Positions 40,290 to 52,096 of a DNA stretch of 64,000 nucleotides are shown piece by piece. Origin of the DNA: Takakia lepidozioides. Lineage: Eukaryota; Plantae; Bryophyta. The position numbers and the translations under genes were made by a program. Where the stretch lies: positions 58,156,001-58,220,000 of the forward strand of contig CM060734.1 in NCBI GenBank assembly GCA_030704615.1, in the 5' to 3' direction. How positions within the stretch are numbered: position 1 is the stretch's first letter; the number at the start of each line of letters is the position of its first letter. Under the pieces are notes generated by a model. The model saw only the letters and a program-made list of their open reading frames with translations. It had not been told where the DNA came from and searched no databases.

Positions 40290-41820
40290 CCACAGACCAG
40301 CACAGGCCCACACAGCTCACTGGTCACAGCCGTCACAGTCCCACAGGCCACTGGGCACAGCCTGTCACAGCCCCTCATCGCCCGTCACAGCTCGCCACAG
40401 CATGTCACAGCCCGTCACAGCCCCACAAGCCACAGGGCACAGCCCGCCACAGCCTGTCACAGCCCCGCACAGCCTGTCACAGCTCGCCACAGCCCTTCAC
40501 AGCCCCACAGGCCACTGGGCACAGCCTGTGACAGCCCCTCACAGCCCGTCACAGCTCACCACAGCCCCTCACAGCCCCTAAGGCCTCAGGCACGGCCTGA
40601 CACAGCCCCTCACAGTCCGTCACGGCCCCAAAGGCCTCAGGCACGGCCTATCACAGCCCCTCACAGCCCGTCACAGCCCCAAAGGCCTCAGGCACGGCCT
40701 GTCACAGCCCCTCACAGCCCATCACAGCCCTAAAGGCCACGGGCACAACCTGTCACAGGCCCAAAGGCCTCAGGCACGGCCTGTCACAGCCCGTCACAGC
40801 CCCAAAGGCCTCAGGCACGGCCTGTCACAGCCCCTCACAGCCCATCACAGCCCCAAAGGCCACGGGCACAGCCTATCACAGCCCCAAAGGCCTCAGGCAC
40901 GGCCTGTCACAGCCCCTCACAGCCCATCACAGCCCCAAAGGCCACGGGCACAGCCTGTCACAGCCCCAAAGGCCTCAGGCACGGCCTGTCACAGCCCCTC
41001 ACAGCCCATCACAGCCCCAAAGGCCACAGGGCACAGCCTGTCATAGCCCCTCACAGCCCCCAAGGCCTCAGGCACGGCCTGACACAGCCCCTCACAGCCC
41101 GTCACGGCCCCAAAGGCCTCAGGCACGGCCTGTCACAGCCCCTCACAGCCCGTCACAGCCCCAAAGGCCTCAGGCACGGCCTGTCACAGCCCCTCACAGC
41201 CCATCACAGCCCTAAAGGCCATGTGCACAGCCTGTCACAGGCCCAAAGGCCTCAGGCACGGCCTGTCACAGCCCCTCACAGCCCGTCACAGCCCCAAAGG
41301 CCTCAGGCATGGCATGTCACAGCCCCTCACAGCCCATCACAGCCCCAAAGGCCACGGGCACAGCCTGTCACAGCCCCAAAGGCCTCAGGCACGGCCTGTC
41401 ACAGCCCCTCACAGCCCATCACAGCCCCAAAGGCCACAGGGCACAGCCTGTCATAGCCCCTCACAGCCCCCAAGGCCTCAGGCACGGCCTATCACAGCCC
41501 CTCACAGCCCATCACAGCCCCAAAGGCCACGGGCACAGCCTGTCACAGCCCCAAAGGCCTCAGGCACGGCCTGTCACAGCCCCTCACAGCCATCACAGCC
41601 CCAAAGGCCACGGGCACAGCCTATCACAGCCTCTCACAGCCCGTCACAGCCCCAAAGGCCAGGGGCGCAGCCCGTCACAGGCCCTCACAGCCCGTCACAG
41701 GCCCGAAGGCCACCGGCGCAGCCTGGCACAGCCCGTCACAGCCCTGAAGGCCACCGGCGTAGCCCGACACAACCCCTCACAGCCCCCAAGGCCACAGGGA
41801 CAGCCCGTCACAGCCCCATC
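40290..41820. repeat. Minisatellite built from (G/C)TCACAGCCC 10-11 bp cores with higher-order CCCAAAGGCCTCAGGCACGGCCT units
   Basis: About 1.5 kb of continuous repeat; the ORFs across it are low-complexity artefacts. Confidence 0.92.
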
Positions 41821-41927
41821 CATGGCCGCTCTGGCAGTTTTAGCCATTTCTCCAAGGGGTTTAGCCACGCCAAGCTAGGGTTTGTGTCTCTTGGACTCTA
41901 GGCTTCTTTCCACCGAGCTATGGCGGC

Positions 41928-44900
41928 CCCAAGTTGTCCCCAAAACAACTTAGGTGGCAAGTGTTCGACGTGGATATCCAGTACAAACCGGGACGAGACA
42001 ACGTGGTGGCCGATGCTTTAAGTAGAAAGCAGCAGCTCTTATTGGTGTACAAGGGTGAGACGGCGCTCCAAAGGAAGATCCGAAAGGCTTGCCGGAAGGA
42101 TGAGCTGGCGAAGTCCGTGATGCAGGACTTGAGGATGGGGGTTAAATCGCAGTTCCACTTGCAAAATGGACTGCTCCGGTATAAGCAAAAGCGTCTCTAC
42201 GTGCCGAAGGGAGGGATCAGAGATAGTCTCTTGAGAGAATGCCATGATAGCCCGCTTGCGGGCCACGGCGGAGCCAAGCGCACCGCGGCACTCTTGAAGA
42301 AAGAGTATTTCTGGCCCAAACTGAGGGAGGAGGCAGAGGAGTATGTCAAGACATGCACCACATGCCAACAAAACCGGAGCGAGTACAAAAAGCAAGCGGG
42401 GCTATTACAACCCTTGCCGATTCCAGAGGGGACTTGGGAAAGTGTCTCGATGGATTTCATGACTGCTATGCCACTGTCAAAAGGATTCGATGCAATCATG
42501 GTGGTGGTGGATAGGTTCAGTAAAATGGGCCATTTCATCCCCACTAAGGAGACGGCAACGACGCAGGAGACATGACGACTTTACTTCGCCCACGTCTTAA
42601 AGCATCATGGAGTCCCGAAGGATATTGTCTCGGACCGCGATCCAAAGTTTACGAGTAAATTTTGGAGGACACTTTGGAAGAAGATGGGGACGAGGCTGAA
42701 GATGAGCACCGCCTTCAGACCTACGACCGACGGCCAAACAGAAAGAGTGAATTCCGTAGTGAAGCAGATCTTGCGGAATTACGTGTCGGCAGACCAAACA
42801 GACTGGGTGGAACACTTAGACGCGGCTGAGTTCTGTTATAATAACACAGAACACTCCGCAACGGGAGTTTCCCCTTTCGTATTGGTCTATGGAAAAGCAC
42901 CTCTGGTGCCGACAAGTTGGGCCGCCCAGGACGTTGAGGAACCGGCAGTAGCGGCGGTACTGGAAGAACGCAAGCGTTTGTTGAAGCTCGCAAAGTACAA
43001 CATTGCCAAAGCTAGGAAACGGTATGAAAGGCAGGCGAATCGGAAGCGGAGGGAAGTGAAGTTTGAGGCAGGCACGGAGGTCTGGTTGAACATCAAGAAT
43101 TTCCGACTACCTCCGGAAGTGAGTCCGAAGTTCGTACCTCCGTATGCGGGACCCTTTTGCATTCGGAAGGTTATGAATGAGGATGTGTATGAATTGGAGC
43201 TGCCGGCAAACAGCAAGGTGCACCCAGTATTCCATGTCTCCCTTTTGAAGTCTTACTTCAAAGATGAAGCGCGTCCGAATCGGCATCAAGTGTTGCATCC
43301 GCCACCTATGCTGTTGGATCATGAAAATGAACCTGAGTACGAGGTGGAGGCAATACTTAAGTCGAGGAGGTTCAGGAACCGAGAAATGGAGTATCTCGTC
43401 GAATGGAAGGGCTATCATCATGTGGAGGCATCTTGGGTGCGTGCCTCAGAAATGGGAAACGCATCCGAGGCGGTTGCAGCTTTCGAAGGGCGACCTCAAA
43501 AGCGGAAGAAGCGTTGATGGGGACATCAACCTTGGAGCGTGGGGGAGGAAATGCATGCTTAGCCCGGCTTAGCTAGCTTAGGAATCCGATTGCAAGAAAA
43601 AAAAAAAAAAAAACTTGTATTGTACAAAACGTGCTATAAATGAAATGACTTCCAAATGTTGTGCGTCCTATTTTGTTTGGAATGGTGATGCATGGTATGG
43701 TTGGCTAGTGTGTAGAATGCATGCTAGCTTATAAAAGTAGGAGAGGTAAATTGGGTTAATTGTGTGTTTGCGTAGTGCCGAAATCGGGTGACCCCCATCC
43801 AAGGGGCAAGGAAACTTGCGCCTTCTTTGGGAGTTCACGTGCTAGTGCGCACTTGGCGCGTGCGCGTACTATAACTGCGCTATCGAGGGGGTTGCCTTGT
43901 AGTGCGGGCTAACGCGGAAGCTACGTGCTTCCGTTCACGTACTATAATCGTGTAGCCTCGGGACGAAGTCGTAGTGCGGCTTCGGCGTGTTCCCGTACCT
44001 CAGGCCAGCATTCCAAGGCGGACCCAATTGTAGTGATTGGGGCGCACGGTTGGTTCAAGGTTCTTGCTGGCCCTCTTTCTTGTGCCCTTGAGGAAATTGT
44101 GGAGTTGTGAAGCCACCCTCAGCCTCAGCGAGACCTAGTCAAAGAGGGTTCCAGGTGAACCTTTGCTCAAGGTGATGCCAAAAGCGGCATCATGAGCGGT
44201 CGCAAGCAATGTTGTTGCAGTAAGGCGATTCGATCCTCGGGGAGGATCGTTCCTTGGCCTTGAAGTAGGCCAAGAAGAGTGCACTGGGAGGAGCTGGAGA
44301 AGCTCCACCCTTGGCCGGGACTTGAGGAAGTCGGCCGAACTAGCTAGTGGAGAGTAGAGTCAAGTGTGGGGTTTGGTTCTTTGCCATGGGACGCCATGGT
44401 ACGGAAACAAACTCCTTGATGTGGGACGCCACAACTTGGATGTTCGTTTCTACAAAATGGACAAGTCGATGAGGACGTCGACCTGTTGGTAGGGGTGTGT
44501 GTCGCGGCCCTTTGCCTTGAGGGCAGGGGGTCGGGACACATGAGGGGCTGCCCCTGTGGTGGGGGCAGCGGCAGCGATAGGTAAGGGGGGGCTGAAGCAC
44601 CCTTGAGTGCCCAAGGCACTCAAGGAGGCGGAGGCGCTCACTAGGTGGAGCCCCGCACACCGGGTTGCGGTGGGGGTGGCTCCACAAGGGGTGGTGGTAG
44701 CTTAGCGGGACTTAGTGGGGGTGGCATAGGACTCACCATGGGGGCGGAGACCTCGTGGTGGGAGTTGTGGGGAGTCTTGGGACTCATCACGGTCCATATG
44801 GGCCGTGGTGAGTGAGCCAAGACTCACCGCGACTCATCACCGGGAGTCGAGGGTTTTCGTGGTGGTTCGCCATAAAATGGCATGGCTGGTTGTGAAACCC

Positions 44901-45228
44901 CCGCGGACAGCTACAGAAGTATATATAAGGGGAGTAGTGACCCCGAGAACGGTGCAAGCCCGTTGGTGACCAAAAACTAGTGAGTAAGCAAGCGAGCCGG
45001 AAAGCGACCAAAGAGTGGGGAGCTGTTCCGGACTGCCATCTACCAAAGGGAATTCCACTAGGCCCAAAGAGGTGGAGGGTTTAGTGGAAGAGCAAAGGGG
45101 GACCGGTATGTCCCGGTGAGCAGCCGAAGCTCCAAGTTGGCCCGGCGGCCAGGTTGGGAGTCAGGCGCGCGCATCAAAGCAAGTAACTATGACTTGAAGG
45201 GGAGCTTACCGAAGTGAGGTGCGCGACA
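41928..45228 (+). mobile_element. Gypsy element 2, 3' half (RNase H end, integrase, chromodomain, 3' UTR, PPT, 3' LTR 44500-45228)
   Basis: Highly similar to the reverse complement of 14057-16563; complete LTR TGTCGCGG...GCGCGACA after PPT GGTAGGGG; stop at 42573. Confidence 0.93.
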
Positions 45229-45763
45229 CACCAGGCACAAAGCTTCGAACACCCGTGTCTGTCAATAATCACGAAGAGAGCATGAGACAGAAGACATAAC
45301 CCACCATTTTGATTTACCGAAAAACCACGAAACATCAATTGAAAGGAACCAACGCACTTTCTGCTCCGGGAACTCGCACTTCGTAAGAGGCAGAGTATTG
45401 ATGCATGTCCAAGTTTTGATGACACGAAACCCGGAAGCTTTCATGTAGCTGAAAAGAGTTCTTCGAGCCGACATGTCCTTTGACTGCATGAGAAGAAGAG
45501 CCCCCGAGTCCGAAAGGAATTTGTTGCTGAACAAGAAAGCCCACTGCCAGTAATGAGAATCCGATTTGTTCCAAGTCGGGGTCGAATTGGAAGGAAACAC
45601 ATCAGGGACAGGAAAACCGTCAGGAATGTCCAGCACCACAAGGTCAGTCGTGTATGCCTGCTGAACTCCATTCACCCATTCCGGACTTTTTGTGACCTAC
45701 AGCCAAAAACAGGAGACAGTGTAAGAAGCCCAATCCAAATCTAACAGGAGATCAATCCCCTGG
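45229..45763 (-). pseudogene. Diverged paralogous MTase-like exon (copy C; exon 45358-45696)
   Basis: 339-nt AG/GT-bounded open exon, the same length as exon 7 of the cargo gene (54639-54977); gapless, about 61/113 aa identical by hand count; retains DIPDG and FLSD-G. Confidence 0.8.
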
Positions 45764-48737
45764 ACTTCACCGTGACATTGTCCGTGAACACCTTCACTGG
45801 GTTGGAACCAACATAGTGGCGCCAAAGCTCAAGACAGTGCACCACCGCCTTCATTTCTTTCTCGTGCGTCGGCCACCGTCGCTCCACTTCATTCAGTTTC
45901 TTACTTTCGTAAGCCACTGGACGTCCATTTTGCATCAGTACACCCCCAATCGCGAAGTCCGACGCATCTGTATGTATCTCGAACGGACGATCGAACTCCG
46001 GGATTTTCAAGACTGGAGCTTCCGCCATCCGCTGCTTCAATTCAGCAAAAGCTTGGCCACAAAAGGTGTTCCATGCCCAGACTTTAGATTTACACAGAAG
46101 GTCTGACAGCGGCCCCGCGATTTTGGCGAAATTTCTCACATACTTCCGGTAATAGGAGGCGAGTCCTAGGAAGGATCGCACTCCCGGGACCGAAGTCGGA
46201 GGCTCCCAGTCCAAAATTTCCCCCACCTTCCTGTCATCCATTCTAATCCCATCCTGTGTAATCACATGCCCCAGGAACTCCACTTTTGTGACCCCGAATT
46301 CGCACTTTGAAGCTTTGGCATACAGCTTCCCTTCTCGCAATTTTTGGAACACCCTTTTCAGGTGCTCCAGGTGCTCCTCCTTTGTTTTCGAGTACACCAA
46401 GATGTCGTCGATGTACACGATCACAAAGTTATCCAACCACTCCTGGAAAAGGCTGTTCATCAACGTGCTAAATGTCGCTGGTGCATTGGTGAGCCCAAAA
46501 GGCATCACCAAGAACTCATATGAACCATACCTTGTCCTGCACGCGGTCTTCTCCTCATCTCCTTCCGCCACCCGAATTTGATGATAGCCGGAGCGCAAGT
46601 CGATCCGGCTGAAATACTTCGCTCCTGCTAACCGGTCGAAAAGGTCGTCGATCCTTGGCAAAGGGTACCGGTTTTTAATAGTCACCTTATTCAAAGCCCT
46701 GTAATCGACACACATCCGTAGCGTCCCATCCTTCTTGTCTGCGAATAGCACCGGGGCTCCGTAAGGTGACTTACTCGGCCGGATGTACCCCTTTGACATT
46801 AGATCCTTGAGCTGAGTTTTCAGCTCGACCAACTCTCTGTGGCTCAACCGGTAGGGCGCCTTGGCAGGCGGTTCCGATCCCGGTATCACCTCAATCTTGT
46901 GGTCAACTCCTCTTCGCGGTGGCAAGCCGCTTGGTAAATCCTCCGGCATCACATTCTGGTATCTCTCCAAAATCCCCTTGATCCAATCTGGGCTCGGCTC
47001 CCCATCACCTTCTCCCTTCACTTCTCTAATGTAAAGCAAAAACTGGGGCTCGTGTGCCTCCTCCACGGCCCACTCCCTTGCTGACAGAAGGTTTATTCGC
47101 CCTCCCACGGGTTTGGGTGTTTCCAACACTCGTAAGACTTCGCCACCATCCCTACATGGTAGCGTGACTACTCTTTTGCGGCCATCTATGACCGCTCCGG
47201 ATTTGCTCAAAAAGGTCATCCCCAAAATGAGATCCACTCCATCGATCTCGCAAATGGTGAAGTTCTCACGTCCTTCCCATTTCCCCAGTTGAAGAGGGAC
47301 ATCGAACGCCAACCTCGTCGCCAATTGCGGTTCTTCTTTGGCAGAACGCACCTCAATAGAGGCCCCCACGTCACTTGTCGGGAGTCCCAACTTTTGTGCC
47401 GTTGCCGGTGTCATGAAGGAGTGCGACGCTTCTGTGTCCACCAACAATGACACGTTAGTTCCGGATATTATCCCATCCACGAACAATAACTGACTCCCTG
47501 TACGTAAGGCGCCAATTTCCTGATACAATTCACAAGAAAATTTGCCTACCTTGCAAGTCCTGGCGACCACCGCTTCCACCAAGCGACTGATGGTATCTTC
47601 CGACAGCTCTGTGGTCGCCCGAGTCATGTTCAATTGCCGGGGCTTCGTGCACTTCTTGGCCATGTGCCCGGGCTCCCTGCAATTGAAACACACTCCATCA
47701 AAGGTCGCCTTCTGTCCGCCATAGGCCGCTCCACCCACTTTTCCTTTTGAAGCACCGGGTGCCGCCTTGACTTGTGAAGGCCCTCCCTTTGATTTCCACG
47801 TGCCATTGTCGCCGTGTGGCCTATCCCACTTCTTTTCCGGTCGGAAGGCGTCACCTTCCCGCCGGGTCTTCTTGTGGTTCAGCTCCGTACGGCCTTGTCT
47901 TTCACCCCTAGGGACATCCGAGAAACATTCAGCCCTCTCAATTGCCTCGTTCAAAGTCTTAGGTGGCTTCTCCTCCAACTTCCGCCTAGCCCATGGGGCT
48001 AGTCCCGCCACAAAGTTGAAGACCATTTCTGGTTCTGCCATGTCCGCGACTTCGAGCAACAGCACATTGAAAGCCAGGACATATCCCCGAATGTCATCTG
48101 TTTGCTTCAAATTCCTCATCTTGTCCCGGGCAAGCCAGGACGCGTTGAGGGGCACAAACTGCCTTTTCATCAATTCCTTGAACCCACTCCAATTCAAGGT
48201 TTCCGGGCTTGGACCTCGGTCGTGAAGGCGTTTCTGCCACCATTGTTGAGCATAGCCTCTCAAATAGGTGGGAGCCACTTCCACCCGGTCCTCGTCACTC
48301 AACTTGGGCGCCCGGAAGTACTACTCTAGCTCCAGGAGCCAGGTGTTGAGTGCCTTCCGATTTTGGACGCCCTCGAAGGTGCCGGGTTCCTTAGGCTTCA
48401 CCTTAAATTTTGCCTTAGTGGAAGTGGCATTAGCCGTCTTCAACACGTCTTTCAACGTCCCGCCAAATTGCGCCAACAACCCTTCCCAAAAGGCTGCCGG
48501 CATGGGAGGCATCTGTTGGTCGGTCGGGGCTCTCAGGGATTCCTCGGGCTCCGACTCCTCAGATTCCTCCCGCTCTTGAGCGACCTCGTTTTCGGAGACA
48601 TGCATCACTTCCTCAAACGGCCGCCTCGGTGACACGTCGCCCCCATCGGGCTCACCAGGATCATCATCTTTTGCGCCGTTCCGCTTTCGCTTTGGCTTGC
48701 CCGACCCCATGATGAGGCCAATCCCAAGGACGATCGC
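45764..48737 (-). mobile_element. Gypsy element 2, 5' half (gag, PR, RT, RNase H), lacking PBS and 5' LTR
   Basis: ORFs 48321-48710 and 45741-48302 closely match element 1. Homology ends at VTVK, 14 nt (in element-1 coordinates) before the point where the 3' half at 41928 begins. Confidence 0.92.
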
Positions 48738-51051
48738 TCATTACCAATTGAGAGAAGCATCAAGAAGGCAACTCATGGCCAGGGCGAGTGATATCATGCA
48801 ACTGTCTCTACATTCATGCTAGGTATGACCGACAATAGTCAACTCTGGTGGAAGACGTAACACAGTTACGCTTGAATCTAATGTTTTTGTTGGTCATGTT
48901 CGTGTGAGTGATATAATTTCCTGTGATTTCTGGATTATTCTGCATAGTTAAATGAAAGTGGGGTGTGGCTGGTAACAAGACAATGGTGTACTTCATCTTG
49001 AGGTATTTATGAATCCAAGAGAATTGTTGGAATAAATTGCACAGCTAACTTCTTCTTCAGTCTAGAAGTGGGCAGTTGTGTTAACAAAGTATCCACTTCA
49101 AGAAAGTTTGTTTGCTGGCAGAGTTGCCTTCATTATCTTGCTTCTGGTTCAAACTTTTGAGGCTTCCTTCACATGGGCTAACAGGTTGGAGAGTGGGTGA
49201 CGGTATGCGCATTTCAGGTTCTGGCTACACGCTCTGGCAGGTGCGGACACCTGATGAGAGTGGGAAAATCACAAAAGCTTACACTTCAGATTTTAGAAAT
49301 TGTGTTCATATGGGTGGTAGCTATTCCTTTGGAAGCCAGGATGTATTAGTGGCTTACGTGCAGTGAATTGGTCTATGCCCTTACCATGAGTTGGATTTAG
49401 TAAATGTCCTCACCAAAGTTGCACACTCCTGTAAGCCTTGCAATTGTGACCTCTGTACATCACCTGTGGTGTCTGAAAAGCTTCTGATGTTGTTTAAACT
49501 CGGTGGTCGCAGAGCATGTAAATGAGCACAATCAATACAATCAAAATTCTTGCATGGTGATTTTTGTTCAATGTTTGATGGTGTGTCTTCTTACAGTGAC
49601 GAGGGGGTTGATGAAATTCAGTTTGAAGACGACAATTAGGCTTCTGTTGTAGCTCCACGGTAACCTATGAGCTCATGCCTGAGTTACATAGATTGAGAAT
49701 GCCACATCCTGCACATAGAGATCATTTGATATGTGGTGCATATTTGCTTTGTTGCTCCTTTTTCTGCACCCACTATCTTGGTGCGATGGAGATACTCTGT
49801 CAGACATGAGGAGTAACAAGAGAGAATACAAAACCACGTGAGTTCGCCACACAAAGAATAGTAGCACGGGGCTAGCGTTGAGTGCAGGAGAACACCCTGT
49901 CCCCCTCCTTACAGCTCCCACTACCAGTCTGCTCTTACTGACAGTCAGTTCTTTTGTATGTGAAGACGGATGAGCTTGGCTTCAAATGGCAGCGAACAAC
50001 ACAATGATGCACTGAATCTAGAAGTCTAAAGGTGTGTTATTGTCCTCTCCTCCTTTAACATTTGGACCTTTGAGTATGATGACATCTGAATGTTTGCTAG
50101 CAACCAGAAAATCAGTTTATTGTCAGTGGTTTGCTATGCATCTCTGTAATGCATGTCAGGTTTCACTTTACATATGTCAGAACACAGAAGCACTGACACT
50201 TTGGAATTGACTTATGCTCCTTTTTTCAAGCTTAAGAGGCTAGGGATGTAATTGCGTATATGATTCTCAAGTTAGTATGGTCATGAGCTCAGGGTCCCAA
50301 GAAGCGGTCAGGATATTTCAGCGACCAAAGTGACGAGGACTCTTGATTTTTGTCTGAAAACATACCTTGGCCAGTGGCTTGGGAACCAGGAAGTGTTGCG
50401 TGGGTTTTGAAACTCCCTCTGGATAAATACCTTGTGTATGCACATCTATTGGTTACCACGTTGAAGAGACGAACCTTCCTGTGCCCGCGGGTAGTGTGGA
50501 CCATACTTAGTGGGGTCGTTGTAAACAGTGTGTCGACTGTTCGGTGTACTTAGAGCTACATACCAGTTTCGGTGTCGTTCTCATTGAGGATCACGTATCC
50601 AGCTGCACCCATGTAGTTCTTGACAACTTTGATGTTCTAAGCATGGTAACATGTTGATGGTGGAGCAGTTACAAAACACTCATGAACACCACATTTTAAC
50701 ACGAAAAGAATACACACTGCACCCTCTGTATACCCATGATCCATATTCTCCTACTGGAAATAATCTCCTCAATTCCAGTAGGCCCTTAATGATATTTCTC
50801 TTTCCGCAATAGATCAACATGAATCTTCCACCTCCATCTTCAGGGGTCACAGTGCATAACAGGTTTTTCCTGGTTCAAGCAATGATAGCAGGAGTCCATG
50901 CACGAGTCCATCAGATACAGAAGTAGCTGAAGGATAGCCGATGGTACAAGTCACATCGCAAGAAGTCACATCCAATTGTTGCAATCTTGGCGCCTGCCTG
51001 AAATTGAAGTTGTTCTTCTCGCAGAGAGCGTGGATACATAATGTGTACTCC

Positions 51052-52096
51052 TTAGAAAGGATTAGGATTGTTGATTTCGGGGGTGCGTGACAACTGTACA
51101 ATCATCTGTTGGCAGGGCTTGCTGCCCAACACTCCTGAGTAGTGCTGTGGCTGATTCTCGACGGGGGAATCCTTCGTATTGTCCTGAAACAAGACGTCTC
51201 CAGCTTTGAACTCGTGCCTGGTTCCATCACTAGTCTTCACATACCTGACACAGAGGAAACGTCTGGTCAGCTTCTACTCCCTGGCGGCTATCTCCCCGGA
51301 TCTGACCCATCGTTGCCGTCTTGTTCATGGAGGAAAAAGCAGAACCCATGTTGAAACATATAGTGTCGATGTTGAGATTTGAGATACATTCTAGTGCTAC
51401 GACTCCTTTCCGTTAATCCAGGCATCAGACACTATACCAGATTACAGATGATGAATCATGAATATCATGACAACCATGCCACAAGCTGTTCTAAACAAAT
51501 ATTGATTCCCAAAAGTAAAATCTCTGTGTCTGATCTTTCTGTCTCTACTTTCCGCGGACGTTATAAAGCACCATTTCATTTCTACCTCACAACAGGGCTC
51601 CAGAAACAAACCACATTTGTCATTCACTAATGCAGCAATATGGGCATAAGCGGACCTAATTTCATCGCTGCTTGGCAAAAATTTCACCAATTCAGGGAAC
51701 TAGGTTCTTAGTGACTTACCAGGAACCGGAGAGCGTGACGACGAACTGAACCTGCGGGCAGCTGTGAAGCGGCTGCTCCATCCCAGCCGCCAACTCGGTG
51801 AACGAAAGCTTGGTGGGCTCGCCCCCAAAATCCGACCGCACAAACTGCGGCTTGGAGCTGTAGGATTGCAGATCGAACCCATGCATGCGGCACTCCGTGA
51901 AATGGGTGGTGCCATTCTCTGATACGTAGATCTGGTAGTACCGGAAGTCCCGCGGCTGCTCCTGCTCATCAGCTGGCCCTGGCTTGTCAGAGGATGCCAT
52001 GCGGAGATGGCTGGGCAGTGCAGCAGCGACCAGCAAGATGGCAACCGCAGATAACCCCACCACCGCTGCACCTGCAAATCCTACGCCCATGGGCAT
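51052..52096 (-). CDS. Secreted or membrane-anchored cupin-fold protein, two exons (52096-51720, 51244-51052), about 189 aa
   Basis: Hydrophobic N-terminus; cupin motifs PLHSCPQVQFVVTLSGSW-YVKTSDG and FKAGDVLFQDNT...HYS; phase-2 GT-AG intron at 51719-51245 joins the two ORFs in frame. Confidence 0.8.

Noticed and set aside
40218-41901. Pro/Ser/His/Gln-rich ORFs of 77-226 aa
   Set aside because: They are translations of the minisatellite in several frames.
48740-50650. Possible orphan exons of a host gene (e.g. AG|..DEGVDEIQFEDDN* near 49597-49639)
   Set aside because: No consistent spliced frame or recognisable product could be built.
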